Source of the DNA: Balanoglossus misakiensis
Lineage: Eukaryota; Animalia; Hemichordata
DNA length: 64,000 nucleotides
Assembly (NCBI GenBank): GCA_040954595.2
Contig: CM082576.2
Coordinates: 18,399,028-18,463,027, forward strand
Direction of reading: 5' to 3'
Under the pieces are notes generated by a model. It ran no database searches and had not been told where the DNA came from. It saw only the letters and a program-made list of their open reading frames with translations. Position numbers and translations under genes: made by a program. Below are positions 49,801-64,000 of the stretch, in pieces. The number at the start of each line of letters is the position of its first letter. The stretch's first letter is position 1.

Positions 49801-50851
49801 TTATTTGCTGACGATACCAATTTATTTTGTTCAGATAAGCAGGACAAAATCGATCTTGCCACTCTGAATGTTGAGCTAACTAAAGTACAGACCTGGTGTA
49901 AGTCAAATAAACTTACTATTAATATTGACAAAACAAACTATGTTATTTTCAAAACAGCCCAGGCGAAGTTTAAGCCTGAGGGGGATTTATATGTCTCTGA
50001 TTTACCAATACATAATGTTTCATCTGCTGTTTATCTTGGAGTTACTCTTGACTCATCATTATCCTGGAAGTCTCACATCAACATTATTTTTAAGAAGGTT
50101 AGCTAAAAAATCGGTATTATTTCATATGTACGCCATTATCTCCCTAAGTCTATAATTTTATTATTATACAATTGTCTTATCCTTCCCCATATAATGTATT
50201 GTAGCGAAATATGGGGAAATGCGTATAAAACCTATTTAGATTGTATTTTCAAATTGCAAAAGAGACTTGTAAGACTTATAACATTTTCTAGCCCCAATAC
50301 ACATAGTGCACCACTTTTTCAGCAACTTGGAATTCTTAATGTTTACAAACTCTGTAAATTTCAAACTTGTGTTTTTGCGTATGATCTAAAGGCAGGGCAT
50401 TACGCCCACTCACTAGATCGCTATGCTTCATTTGTATCACACAAATATTTTACAAGATTTGCCTCTACTGATAAGTTTACGCTTCCCAAAGTAAAACTTA
50501 CTTCATCTCAAAATAATTTATACTATTCTATTGCCAAGCATTGGAATGAAATTCCTACACAAATAAAATCAATTCAATCAAGGAATTTATTTAAAACCTC
50601 TCTGAAAATGTATCTGTTGAGCATAGATTAATTTAACCTCTTTTATAAACCTGTTTACTTTGTCACCGCGTTGTTTGACTACCAACTATTGTTTTGTGAT
50701 ATGAATTGGCAATTATATTAATTGTTTCAATGATTTGTATGTATTTAGGGCCAGGGACACGACTAGTTCCACTAGAACTACTTCCCTGGTCCGCACCAGT
50801 TATGTAAAATGCATCTTTCTGGTGAAATAAACTATCTATCATCATCATCAT
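46853..50851 (+). mobile_element. L2/CR1-group LINE (Crack/Daphne-like): ORF1 C-terminus, APE endonuclease, RT, 3' tail; frameshifted
   Basis: ORF1 LEIRGIPE...IYINENLT; EN LNIRS, SETWL, GDFNI, SDHYP; RT DFKKAFDT, PQGSILGP, FADDT; AATAAA followed by (ATC)n. Confidence 0.92.
48086..48390. mobile_element. Hairpin-rich non-autonomous insertion (Crypton-like MITE) in the LINE endonuclease
   Basis: Interrupts SETV|QTDISDH. Long palindrome centred on CCCGAGGGCATAGCCCGAGGG, plus TTATAACACACC...GGTGTGTTATAA. Confidence 0.6.
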
Positions 50852-52502
50852 CTGTGGCACAACGCATCAAGTCGCACCAGCTCAGGACAGCCGTTCAATT
50901 ATCCAATGCTTGCCAGGAGTTATAACAAGGTAATATATGTAACATTTTTTCCTGCTAAAGTATGCTCTAGCCTCAACTGGTTGAATGCTTGTGTGGTAAA
51001 ACAACCGTCTCATCAGAAAAACAAAACAACTTTGAGGAATTTTCTGTTCTCTAGAACTTATCAGATTTACTTTACCAATGTAATACTGTGATCATAGAAT
51101 TCTCGACCAGTTGTATCCGCCTGTCAAAAATGTATTGAAATGCATGAAGTGACTAGAGCCATGGAACATGAGACCTCCATCAGAACAAAAGTCAATTCCA
51201 CATAAATGTAGTTCCAGGTGTAAAAGGCATGTCCAGTTGAAGGTGCTAAAAGGCATGTCCAGTTGGAGGTGCTAAAAGGCATGACCAGTTGGAGGTGCTA
51301 AAGCATTGCATAATAACAAAAGGTAATCATTATGTATGTTTATTTGTTTCCCCACGGGAATGAGTCATCTGGAAGGAGTACAAACTCAAGCACAGAAGTT
51401 CATCCAAAGTCAGGAATTTATTATTGAAGCATTCAACTGTGAAAGTTCAAAAGCAGACAGGCGTTTGCCATCACCACAATTACAACTCAGAAACAATGGC
51501 CCCGGCCCAGAATACATTATGAATCAAGGAACCTAGTGTAACACGAACATAATTGCAAACACAAACATATACATTTCTTAATAAAAAAGATAAAACATGA
51601 ATTAAAATTACTACATCCCAAATAGGTCCCATTGTACTCCTAATCGAAATAAAACAGTAAATGGAATAAAAATTCTGAATTTACACATTCCGTGTCCAAT
51701 GCAAAAGAGCATGACTAGAGCATGCTTGAACAAAATTCCGATCGTATATCTCAATTATTATAGTGGCTTTCTTTCTAAAACTAAAGGCAGCAAATATCGG
51801 TGATATTTAATGCCATTTTCTAGCTGCAAGGTCACATGGGACATTTTGAGGGAATGGGCGTAACCCCACGATTATTACTCTCATGCAGAATCCATCAAAA
51901 TCAAGCAAAGGATTTCTCTGGGAACTGTTACAGAGAATCCACTGAAATACTGTAAAGGATTCTATTGTGGATTCTGAAAGTGTTCCATATTTGACAGAAT
52001 CCACTATTGGATTATATGTGGATTCTCTGAGTATCCACGATGGATATCTCAGGATTCTACTGGATTCTGTAAGAATCCACGAAAGAATCCACAACAATCC
52101 TTGGTGGATTCAGGCTATTTCACACAGTGTTTGATGGTGTATTTAATATTAAGGCCCATTGAGGTGAATTTTGCACAGCAGTCTCCAGTCCAAAATACAT
52201 AAATACATAAATGAACCTCTTATAACAGTTGTCGTCATTTCCAGAACAGTGTTGCTTTTGATGTGAAATGTCAGTTGTTACAATTAAAAGTTCTCATTGA
52301 ACATTGTGTTGGAATAAGTTGAGATAGGAATAAGCTTAACATAACACTGCTCTTAGTCAAAAATCGTCACCTTCCTAGCATGCAACATTGTGTCGCCTAC
52401 CTTGTCAAGTGATTTGAAGGTAAGACCACAATCAGTTAAAAATGCAGAAGTTTGATAAAATAAAATGACCACAAGTTTGACAAATTTCATTACACTATCA
52501 CG

Positions 52503-53555
52503 TTTTTAGGTCCCATTGGTATGTACCATGGGACCTTATGGGATTGATTGCGTCTGTATGTATGGATGGATGTATGGATGGATGTATGTCTGTATGTCCG
52601 TCCACATCAACAACTTGAAAACCACAGCGCGTATGACCTTGATATTTGGTGTGTAGATGCAGGCAGGGCTGTAGATGGGAGTTTGTTCAAATGAAGTTGT
52701 CATTGCCAAAAATATGCAAATTAGCTGGGAAAATGTGACAAAACTCTGTAACTCAACAACCACTGGTCATATTGATTTGAAAATTGGTATGCATGTACCT
52801 TATATCAACCTCATACAGTCCTGTATGTTTTGAGCTAATATTATCGATTTCCTATTTTTTATGCATTTTTTTATTTTTCCATGTTATTCAATAAAAAGTC
52901 TTCATTTCTCAAAGTGATGGGCTTACTTCTTTGAAATTTAGTATGAAGCTTCCTAATGATTGTCTGAGTAACCATAGTTTTGTTCAAATTGTTGCAAAAT
53001 TTGCATATTTATTATTTTGAGCAATATTTGCCATATTTGGTCAATTTTTTTTTCCCTTAAAACCGCATGCCAGACGGCTTTGCAATTTGGTAGGCATGTT
53101 CGTAGGGGTAACCTAAGTAATATGCTGTAAAAAAAATTGATATCTGCATAAATGTGTTATCGGGGAAACTTTTGCAATTTTTGTCAAAATTTTTTTTGTC
53201 TGAAACTGCTTGTCATATTGCATTGAACTTTGGCAGCATGTTCCTTGTAGTGATTGAAGTAAGATTTGCAAAATTTTGGTGATATTTGCATATTTGTGTT
53301 TTTGCCACTTTTGAACAAATATTTTCTGTGAAACTGCTTGTTGGATTGCTTTGAAATTAGTTTTTTCTCTGATTGCTTTGAAATTTAGGATATAATTTCA
53401 TAACACATGTATCTGTTCCAGGGCTGACTGAAAGAAGTTGCTTCTCATTTGTGTTTGTACAGACAATTTTTGGTCATTTTTTTTTCTAGCATCAGTTGTA
53501 AGACTGCCATGACACATGACAGTTTATTGGGCATGTTCCTTATTAATTTTTTTAC
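52503..53555 (+). mobile_element. Helentron/DINE-1-like non-autonomous element
   Basis: TTTTTAGGTCCCA...TGGGACC 5' hairpin, GTAT/GGAT/GTCY microsatellite, T-run at the 3' end. The right boundary is approximate. Confidence 0.55.
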
Positions 53556-56159
53556 ATTCCATATTTCTATATGGTAAGATCATATCTGATAGCAATGTCA
53601 CCTGTAATTTTTATCTGGTGTGTCACTGTTTCCGCATAATCCTCAAATGGGACCACAGTGTCCTTGACGCTATTTTTTTTCATTTTGATGCTTGAAATGA
53701 GGTAAAATCTGTTGTTGAGATTAGCATTCCAATGGCGCTTGGGTGAAGACGTTTGCTGGTGAAGCTGCGCCACCTAAGTCTAATTTGCAAGTCTTTCTAC
53801 CCGCTTTCTCAGCCGTTACCCCTTCTAGTAGTTTCATAATTTTATTGGTATTTTAAAAATGTTTTCCTGTTTTTTTTGTTTACTTTTTTATTTATTTTTT
53901 TACTTTTTGTTGATTGTAATGCTGTATGGCGTACCAGTCATTTCAGTACTTTTACTATTTTATTACCATTACGAATAGTCAGAATACAGGGATGACGCCG
54001 TTATGGCGTTAGCCATTCACAATATATGTGACAGCTGGGTTGACATAGCTATATAAAGTGCTGTAGACACAGTGACGTGACAGAGCCTGAAATGTATGCC
54101 TGTCCTATCACTGCATGTATAGGATCGTGGACATGGGTTTGAATACAGAACTGTAATATAGTCTGAATGATTTTTTTCTCTCCAATATACACACAATTCT
54201 GCCTGTAGAGGCTACATTGGCCCAATTTTCTAAAATATATCTCTTGAAATACAATATCTACTCAACATGTCATGATTTACTGTATACTTGTTCGAGCGGT
54301 ATCCTTATGACAGTCACACCTAGGCGACTCCACTGAAGTCTCTGGATAATAAGCGGACACGCGAACATGCATTAAATACACGTAAACTCCTCGACTGTGA
54401 TTTACACGAAAAGCCGAAACGGCGGAGGGAATCACCATCAATCACCCAACACTCACGCAGGGCAGCGATCTGCAGTAGAAAAAATAATGCCAATCGGCAT
54501 GGCAAAGTAACACTTAAAATTTACATGTCCATACATTTATGAGACGCATGTGCTGAATGGTACTGTGTCCCGGAAGCTTGAATTGCCTGATTAATAATTA
54601 AAACATGCAAATATACCACAGCCTCTTATGGCAATTCAGAAACTATCGCTCTAAAAGGACCATGGTTGCGACAATATTTGCCAAAAAGCTGTATAAACTG
54701 TAGCTCATGATAATTCCTGACTTTAACGCGATCTGGTAGAAAAGTGTTTGCTTGTTTGTTACTTGATTGTGGTGGAGTGTTATTTATTTGCTAGCGACTA
54801 AACAAACATTCTGAGCTATAAATTAAGTGTGTTGAGTGGTTTCTGTCAAAGTCTATACCCGTAAAGCCAATATAACAAACAGTATTTAATCTTTTAGACT
54901 CATAGTAAATTGCTTCTGATATGTACCTGTACATATCAAGCTGAACAGACAGCATGTCAATAAACTTCAAACTAAACCATCAGAATATCAAAAACAACAA
55001 TACCTAGGGAATAGTCACAGAAACCTAATTAATGGAAGGTCAAACTTATGACTTTTATAGTGGTCTTGTGTGGACAGGGATGTCATTTACACTTCTTTAC
55101 TTAGTACATGAGTGAGTGTGAACACGCTGATATTAATAACAATTCAATCGATGTTGGCTAATAGGAACAATAGTAAATGTTTAAGTTTTAATACAATAAG
55201 TATGAATTAACTTGAGCGGTGCTGATAACAATTACACACTGGAGGGTGGTACACATGGAGTCTCACTGACTCCAACATGTAATCAGATACAGGTGAAGGC
55301 CATTCTCTATAAGAGCAATAAAATATCTGACAGTTTTATGACAGCTGGTCAATATTTGCCTTAAAATGTTTGCCAACGTGGTTCTTATATACTCCCTTTC
55401 TTATCAGTACGTGTGTGGTGGGTCATGTGTCAATTGCCCTTGCATAAAATCTCAAGAGATGCCACTTTTGCATTATTTTCATGATTTTATTTTACAACTT
55501 AGATTGGTCTATCTTAATATGTCATAATGTCATACAACAACAGCAAGGGACTCTTTTTGGAACTGTCTTTTCGACAAAATGAGCATTACTGTTTCTACAA
55601 CACTTTACAACTCAAATGATCTTGCCTTCATTGCTAATATTTTAGGAGATAGAATTTACATGGTTGACTACCAGGAGTCTGGTGAACAAGCAACTCTTCA
55701 AGAAAGTGTGCTGGACCTTGTACAAATATGCCTTGCGAACTGAATTTAGTACCGTGAAATGCTTCTTGTCGGAAGCCATCTTATATAATTTAGTATAGTA
55801 GTACCTCTGTAATTTAATGTGTTGATGTAACTCTTCTCATTTCGAGGAGGAATAAAGGAACAACAACAACAAAAACAACTCCAAACAGCATGCTAATATA
55901 CCCTTACTTCACTTGTCAACATTGCCTGTGGGTGTGTAATGCTATCACAGATTTTACTACTTTTACAAGCAAATATGCAACTTGTCTTCAAAATATGTGT
56001 TTATTGAATATATTTATTTATTTATTTAGAGTCAAATGTTTTTGGTGACATTTGAATATTTAGTGGAAGGTATTTTATACATAAATTGTGGGTTCCAACA
56101 TATTGTTGGGAGTAGCACAAGAAACTTCAGTGGCCACATAGAATTAATTTTCAACCTTC

Positions 56160-56309
56160 AGTAAAACCTGTCAAAACCAAACCCTGTCTAATCTTGAAAC
56201 CTGTCTATACTGAACACCATTTCAGTCCCTTCGACATAGAATCACATATTAAAAGAACCTTTACAATTTCTTCAGTGCCTTCAGTGTTCTGTTCAGACAG
56301 GTTTTACTG
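56160..56309. mobile_element. Tc1/mariner-like MITE
   Basis: CAGTAAAACCTGTC...GACAGGTTTTACTG|TA. A relative ends at 63973. Confidence 0.6.
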
Positions 56310-58446
56310 TAGTTAATATCCCAAATGTCATAGCAGCTGCCCCTTTAAAACAAATTCTTTTCAAAAAATGTGTTTCTAATAGATTTGGTCAGGTGGAAAG
56401 GTATGTCACACACTGTTTGCACTGAACACTGAAGTGGTTGCCATTTTATTGACACAAATTGAATGACATGATGCATCACATTAGACTTACGGGTAAACCA
56501 TTTTATTGTTAGGGGAGTGCAGCTTAGTTTCTACTCTGCCTATTCTCTGATTTTGTTTTCTTTACTATTTGGCAGAGGCAAAATGCAGACTAGTTATGGA
56601 AGTGTTCCTAAGTAACTATGCATAAATTATTTCTATTAATCTAAGCACAACATGTAAAATATAAATCAACCAGGTAGACTCATGTCTCCCCCTACAGTAA
56701 TGGTGACAATTCCTATCATAGTACCCAACTTACTCAAGAAAACACACTTAATGTTAGCAAACAGTCCTATAGATATAGCCTGGACCCCTGTCCCATTCCT
56801 GCTGCTGGTAGTGACAGCAGGGTTAGAAAGTGGGCAGAGAACAAGAGTATCTTACAGGCCTCTTTCATGACCCCTGTGTGACCTTACATCCTGGTGATTT
56901 GTTGGTTTGACATCATTCATCATTCAATGTTAAATACAACAGCTAATCTTTCTAACACAGGCAATGTTTAACAGTTTTGTTCAAGGATGAGAAAAAATGC
57001 ATTGATTTAATAGCGTGGTTGGTAAACTCGAAATTGTATACTCACACCAACAAAATTCCAGGATCAGGAGGTCAAAAGGGGTCATAAAAGTGGCATGATA
57101 TAGCTTAGTAGCCAGTGGTGTAATATTTATATGAACTGTGCAACTTCATGCATATTTCAATGTTATAAGTATTGACTGACATATAAAATTTCTTTGCGAT
57201 GTCGAAATTCAATGAGAAGAAACAAAAGCCAAAAGTTACCACATTTTATACTGACAATGATTTGTTTTGTACAGTTTACCCTATGGATCCAGCTATCATA
57301 AGAATAGGTCCAATAATTGTAGCTTTGGTGGGCTGGTTGATCGCTGACGGGCTTGATCAACCAGCCCATCTAGGCTACAATTTTTGCAGCTATCATAGGA
57401 AGGGCACATTCGGAATACCCCCCACTGGGCAAAAAGGTTGATATACATTCAGTATTTTCACGTATATGGACACGTAGATTAGGAATATGCGCAAGTATAC
57501 AATAGTCTGCACAGTTGTACATCTACAATCTGCACCACGTATATGTGACGTATATTCACGTATATGGAACATACCAATGTGTTAGTATACGTGCACGTAT
57601 ATCTATGAAGATCACGGGTGTGCACAACGCAGACCAATGCAGATCAAGTGCACACTATAAACATTCCAACGTATTTGTACACATTCTCAGTGCATATCTT
57701 CCTTGCTATTTGCATGACTGTGTTATTAGCATACGTTACATCATCATCACAGACATTTACATTTGCATAGTTGAGTTCACATTCCTGGTATTTTTACGTA
57801 TATTTAATGCAGACCCTTCCAGAAATTACCATACATTATGTCATCATTGTTGGCAAATATCCGAAAATAATTTTGGGGTCATATTTAAATTACCCCAAAG
57901 GTCACAATTCTGGGGTCATCCTTCATTGTCAGGATTTGACCTTTCCTTCTTATTCACCTTTGCTGTAAATTTGTTACTATTAATCTGCTTTGAGATGCAA
58001 CTGCATCTCAAAGCAGATCAATAGCAACAAATTGGTAAATGCATATTTCAAGCCGATACACTTCCTCCTATCGTGCATCAACAAAAAACTGCTCACATAA
58101 TAAAATTCACTTAAAAGGTAATTTTATTTAAAACATATAAAATGATTAAAGACATTACATGGACAAAGAACAAAGTGTTTTGTTTTTAAATGCAAACCTA
58201 AAATCTGAAAAATAATCCTCAAAGTCTAGCTTCATTCAGTAACTCCAAAATACCATGAAAAAATTTGCTTCATCTGACATCAGATCGCCTGCTTTCACCA
58301 TGTTATCCTATTAAAGGGGAAATCAGGCGTAGTTGATTTCTACATAATTTGGTAGCTTTGATGTCACTCTTTCAGAAAAAAACATATTCGCCATGTATAG
58401 GTCGCGCGATTTTTTACAAAATCTAGGGAAAGTTGGCAGAATTTCC

Positions 58447-58802
58447 AATATGGCGTTTACTGTAATTTGAATCATGGGAAAAAAAGCGCCAGGACCAACT
58501 TCCGCCCACCTTGGTGTGGGTGATACCATTTTCCGATTGGTATCACTGCATCACAAGCTAAGCGTATTTGCATATTTTTCATGGGTTATAGCTCATGAAA
58601 ACTGTCAATAGATGACAAATTTTCGACTTTGCTGATGATTGTTTATCAACTGATGCAAAGAACAAACAATAGCTATGAAAATACGCCTAGTCTGTGACAC
58701 CCAGTGACACCAATCGGAGAATGGTATCACCCACACCATGGTGGGCGGAAGTTGGTCCTGGCGCTTTTTTTCCCATGATTCAAATTACAGTAAACGCCAT
58801 AT
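58447..58802. repeat. Inverted repeat pair (MITE remnant)
   Basis: AATATGGCGTTTACTGTAATTTGAATCATGGG... and its reverse complement, arms about 100 bp. Confidence 0.75.
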
Positions 58803-58836
58803 TTAATTTAAGGAGAAACCAAAAATGTACAATTAA

Positions 58837-59631
58837 GATGGGTCCCTGGGATCTTTGTGCTCGTTGCTATGGGCCTTTATAGGACACTACACTCAATTTT
58901 GATCGAAACCGTTATGAACGTCCGACAAGGGGCTTGTAACTAGTTAAAAATACGCACGATTGTGTGCACACCCCCTGTCTGAGTATGTTTACGGCAGCTA
59001 CCGCCCGGCCATAGGCCGCTAAGCTAATACGGCAAAGCAGCGGTCAGCGATAGCGTGCGCGTCCTGTAACCACAGTAACTGGATCGAACGCTAAAAATCC
59101 AATGTTTTGTACACAGAGATTTTGTACCGTTCACAAAAATCCCTAAGGCTTTTTTCACAGGCGACGTAGGCCAGCCAAATTTGACCTGCTTGTTGAGAGC
59201 GCACTTCCGCATAGTGTGACGGATCGTTTTTTCGGTTTTCGTCGTGTTAAGAAGCGATACCAGTGGAAGAGTGCGTCCAAAAACACCCAAAATCGATGAC
59301 TTTTTCAGGTGTGGTACGGGTATGCTGAAATCGTAGGATACAACGATAATATTCGAAAACAAAATCTGTCACGATCTTCCCTGGTTCAAGCAACTAATGA
59401 ATACGTATCAAGTTCGTTTTTGAGGTCACGGAATAAAAAGCCTTAGGCTTTTGAAATTTGACCTAGCTAATTTGCATATCAATGGCGTCAGGGGGCGCGC
59501 GCTCACAATCGTGCAGATTTTCAACTAGTTACCAGCCCCTTGTTAGACTCTGAAAACGGCTTAGTCCAAATCGGGGTGTAATGTCCTATAAAGGCCCATA
59601 GCAACGGGCAAAAAGATCCCAGGGACCCATC
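58837..59631. mobile_element. Kolobok-like non-autonomous element
   Basis: TTAA|GATGGGTCCCTGGGATCTTT...AAAGATCCCAGGGACCCATC|TTAA, with imperfect TIRs of about 140 bp. Confidence 0.85.
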
Positions 59632-62232
59632 TTAAGAGAAATAACAACACGTTCAATTTTACTGATCATACATCTTTAACACAATTTCTCAAAGAATGTT
59701 TGGTAACTGGCTTTCAGCATCTTTGCTATTGTCAACGTTTTGCCATCTCTAAACATCATGAAGAAAATAGTTTAGAACGAGTACCCTCGTAAACCACTCA
59801 ACATTTTGTGTGTTTGTTTGTGTGATACCATGAGGCGATCGATGATATGGTCAGGGCATTATGGCCAAAGGGGACCATACCTGTCCTTTCTAATAAGGGC
59901 TACACAAAGAGAACATTGTTTCTTGTTATCTAAATTTGACTGCATGGGCGAATTACATTTTCAAGCTGTTACGTACCGATCCCAACATGAAAATTTAGCA
60001 TTCAAGGCTTTTGAATGAAATTAAGATGAAGAGAATTTAACTGTCCCTGCATACACCTATGCAACTATGAAGGACACTATGATTTCTGTGTTTATAATGA
60101 TTCATCTTGGCGTGTATGTGATCATGCACTATCCTAGTCTAGTATCTAGCCGTCAACTTTGCTTCCAAAAATAACATCTAGATCAAGCATGCCACTGGCC
60201 CAATAAAACCTGATAGCCAAGTGATCATAGGTTAGCATGACATTAAACTGAGTGCGGCTGAAACACTGTTCGCTTACAATCGACAATTGTGTCACCTTGA
60301 ATGAACTCGCACAGGTCAGAAAGGTCATTGTCTGTTGATATGGTAATTGGTATCTATGTGGAGTGAGCCACTGAAGAGATGCTAATCAGACTCGAGAATG
60401 ATTGACTATACAGTAATACAGACATAGATTGAAAACTTTGGATTGTGATAATAAAATATGACGAGCAATTTATTACTAGTAAAAACTTTGTACGTCCAGC
60501 ACAAACAACAAACAGTTTCCATGATGTCATTGTTAAAAGTTGTGTGCCCCACTCACAGTCTCTCGATCCAACACAGACACCCCACTCACAACTGACGGAT
60601 AGACTGACTGACTGATTCACCTTTCCACAGATGTTTGGACAGTCATTTGATGTCTTGTAGAACAAGTCAGATTCATGGACTAATATTTTAGGCGTACAAA
60701 ACGCGCATAGCACAGAGTTGGTTTGAGCTGACTTGCAATTGGAGCTAACATGCAAATGTGAGCACACATATATTGCCGTGTCTACAAGTTGCTGTCTGCA
60801 GTGTTGAATTTCATCGACAATTTGTCAAGTTTTCACAACTTTAATTTTGCTGCGAAACGTTCTGTCCGGGTGGTAATTTGTAAATGTTGTCGTTCAAATG
60901 TTTCAGTCCACTTGAACCAAGAAAAATCTCAGCAGACGGATATTTATTCTGAAACACCTGTTGATAGATTATGGGTGGTCATGATGAGACGGACAGCGTA
61001 AATTCAGTTCAAAAGTAACTTACCTGTGGGTCTTTATCTTCCTGGGAAGCCATTGCATTGTTGTGTCATTAACATTGCCTTGAAATTCATTCACAAATTA
61101 CACCATAGCCCGATGTTGCAGTCTTGAGTTCAACTGGCAAGTTAGTTTTGTTGGGATTGCGTCGTCTAGCTAATCATTTGATTTTGAAGACTGTATCTGT
61201 ATAAAAGTCAATAAGTAAATACAAGCTGCACTACAAAGAAAAATAAGCATCTATTTGTCAGAATCATGATGGCACACAGAGTATTTATGAAACTGTTATC
61301 AGTTTTGCAGATTCGATTGTACACAGCCATAAATGGCAAAACAATCCCTGCACAAAATGTAAATATAATGGGTCAAACAAAATATATTGCGGAAGCTGCA
61401 ATTAATATTACACAATTCTCATTCCACGTTCTCATGTTGGTTTTTGGCGACATTCATGTGATGGTAATGACTACTTGGTTTACTATTGCAATGTGAAGTT
61501 ATTAAATTAATTTGCTTTTTCATAAATAGTGGAACACATAACTGAAGTTTTGTGGGCCAAACTTGACTTCATATCTGCACTCTTCATTCTGTCAACATTT
61601 AATTAATCCACATTAATTGTAGAGTTATCGAGTCAGTCAGAGCAATTAGCACCCTTACCAGGTACTCAAGCTTTAGACTGTCAGCAGTCATCACTCCCCA
61701 GGCACGATCACAACTCCCAGCATTTTTGTAGCAATGATATAAAATTATTCATGTCATTGTTGTTAGTGAAACAAATTGTTTTTCGACCACATTCTTGAAC
61801 ACCAATTATTGTGTCTGTAATTAAGCTATTGTGTTATTTCTCACATACTTAAAACATAAATTGCTAGAGAAAATCTACAGAAGGAAAGTGTATACAGAAT
61901 GACAAAAGGAAAATATATGAATGTCGAAAGATTGTGAATTTCTACCCTCCCCTGGTGGTGATACACTCAGGGTCAATAGCTATCCATGCATGTTCCCAAA
62001 ACTATCACAGAGAAGGGGACGCTTTTCGGTATCATCACTGTCTTTGAAAATGATAAAAAATGGTACATCTTACAACATGACAATGTTCAAATGAGATTTG
62101 AAATACGGATGGGTGTCTAAACCATAGTTCTTTATATTAGAAACATTGTTATTGCTTTATATTTGTATTATGGCATTAACTGTCCCAGTTTTTGTAAATT
62201 AGGAGCTAAGGGGGCTTTTGTCTCATTTTCTT

Positions 62233-62349
<117 letters not shown>

Positions 62350-62881
62350 GACAGTGTTTTATTCAGGATGGTATCAGCAGGGGGTATATGTCCCCCTTCG
62401 CCAGAATATTTGAGGGTGATTCCACTCTGGCAAGGGGGAATGTTATATCTTCAACATGTGAGTAACATCATTTTAAAGGGCACTCAGGTGCCCCTTTGAC
62501 AATTAAATTTCCAGGGGGTACCAACACATCAATAGGAGGTGAATCCAAATTGTCTTTTTGTTGTTGAAAATTCCTGGAAATGTTATGGACAGGCAATGTC
62601 TATTTTCCCTGAGAGTGCCAGCACCGGTTTTGTATTTCTGTTTTCCTGTTGCCCTTTGGAGATCTTGCTGCTTTGTCTTGGAGAAGAGTGATTGTGTTGT
62701 CTTTGTTTTCTCACAACATGATGTCATCATTTTGTATTCAAATTGGCGTACATGATCATGTTTTGGCTTCATAATTTTTCATTAATGAAGATTTCAATGT
62801 TTTCCTTTTATATTACTGCTGTTTATGGTTGCATTTTGAGAATATTTTGATGAAAGAAATGTTGATTGTTGAATGTTACAG

Positions 62882-62980
62882 AATCTAATCAATGCCGCAG
62901 TGAAGGGTGATGTTGCAAAGATTCAGTCGCTGATAGCTGATGGATATGATGTCAATGCAAGGGGTAAATACCCAGGGCAG
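62882..62980 (+). CDS. Single ankyrin-repeat exon of a host gene
   Basis: TTACAG|NLINAAVKGDVAKIQSLIADGYDVNARGKYPGQ|GTAAGT: 99 bp, 33 aa, phase 0-0. Confidence 0.75.
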
Positions 62981-63741
62981 GTAAGTGTTCGTATTGACCA
63001 ATGTTTTATACAGAGTCATCGCTCAGGGCTAGCGTTTGATATTTAATTTTTCACATGCGGTGCATGCAGGAACTTAAAAAAATTGTGTGTAACTGTATTT
63101 CAATTACGTGCAACAAAATAACGATAGACAGCCTGGGTTTTTGGTAAGTAACAACTTTTAATAGAAATATCTTTTTAAAATAACGAATTTTGTTGAAATA
63201 AAATGGATTCTTGGTGCAAACAAGATATTCCTAATGTCAATTCTTCCACAAAGATAAACTTACAGACACGGAGAGGTCTGCTGCAAGCAGTATTTTTAGG
63301 GGTCAACTATGGTGTTTCAAATTCTCTGTGGCAAGAACTAATTCTCAACTGGGGTGTTTTTCAAGGTCCATCGCACTATTCTGTTTGCAAATACATCATT
63401 GCAGTTTGCCACGCCGCTTTCTATAGCACCCCTGATGCTGTTACTGTAGTAGCACTAGCTGAACCCCTGAAATGTTCCAGGACCACTTCAACTGTTCACA
63501 TGTAATATTTTATGCCAGCATTTGAGCAGAGACGTTTCAGAAACATTTCAATGGTTATGAGTGACTGGCTTTTCACACAACAGTAACACTGAATCAACTA
63601 GATATCTATGAACTTCCAAAATACCACACACTCCCAAAATGATATCACAACACCACATTTAGATTGTGCAAAAACAGACCTACACTAGCCCACAAATATA
63701 AATAACCTCAATTCAGCGCAGACTTTTTCATCAACAGTTCC

Positions 63742-63973
63742 AGTTTTACCTAGTGTGAACATGGTATCAGTCTACAGTTTGGTTCAATGTGGTTCAACCA
63801 CATACAGTAATACCTGTCGAAATGGAACATGCCGTATCTGGAAAACTGTCTATAATGAACACGTTTTCCTGTCCCCTTGACATAGAACCACGTGTTAAAA
63901 GAACCTTTACAAACCAGAAACGTCTGTAAACTGAACAATTTCTTCTGTCCCTTTGGATTAGACAGGTTTTACT
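63742..63973. mobile_element. Tc1/mariner-like MITE, related to 56160-56309
   Basis: Shares AAAAGAACCTTTACAA and GACAGGTTTTACTG|TA. Confidence 0.55.
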
Positions 63974-64000
63974 GTACATGTGTTTTGGTCATAGAGAATT

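Larger units (their letters stand above)
46204..52129. mobile_element. EnSpm/CACTA-like non-autonomous element hosting a LINE
   Basis: TIR CACTGTGTGAAAT...ATTTCACACAGTG, with dense GAATCC/GGATTC subterminal repeats at both ends. Confidence 0.65.

Noticed and set aside
60354-61200. Cys-rich ORF or decayed coding sequence
   Set aside because: No recognisable domain or splice structure.

Overview
Eukaryotic (metazoan, probably marine invertebrate) AT-rich DNA made mostly of nested transposable elements, with two host gene traces. 1-13.7 kb: two ISL2EU-type DNA transposons (DDE_Tnp_4 transposase convergent with a SAP/SWIM/YqaJ gene). Between them lies an apparently intact tyrosine-recombinase (YR) retrotransposon of the PAT-like DIRS group (4077-10173, minus; gag, RT/RNaseH/MT, YR; split direct repeats A1-B1-A2-B2). 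A diverged, internally deleted relative lies at 23561-28171 (plus). Comparing the two shows shared architecture: an 11-6-11 dif/lox-like site at the B/A junction, phase-0 sense-strand introns that could splice one leader exon to gag, pol or YR, and a covarying four-way RNA junction followed by a poly(A) tract between gag and pol. Also present: rearranged Gypsy fragments with reciprocal junctions that imply an 8.2-kb inversion, Kolobok-like TTAA elements, an EnSpm-like element carrying an L2/CR1-group LINE, MITEs, tandem repeats, a C-type lectin membrane gene broken by a 52-bp retro-insertion, and one ankyrin exon. Everything was read by eye with no searches run, so family names are motif-based.
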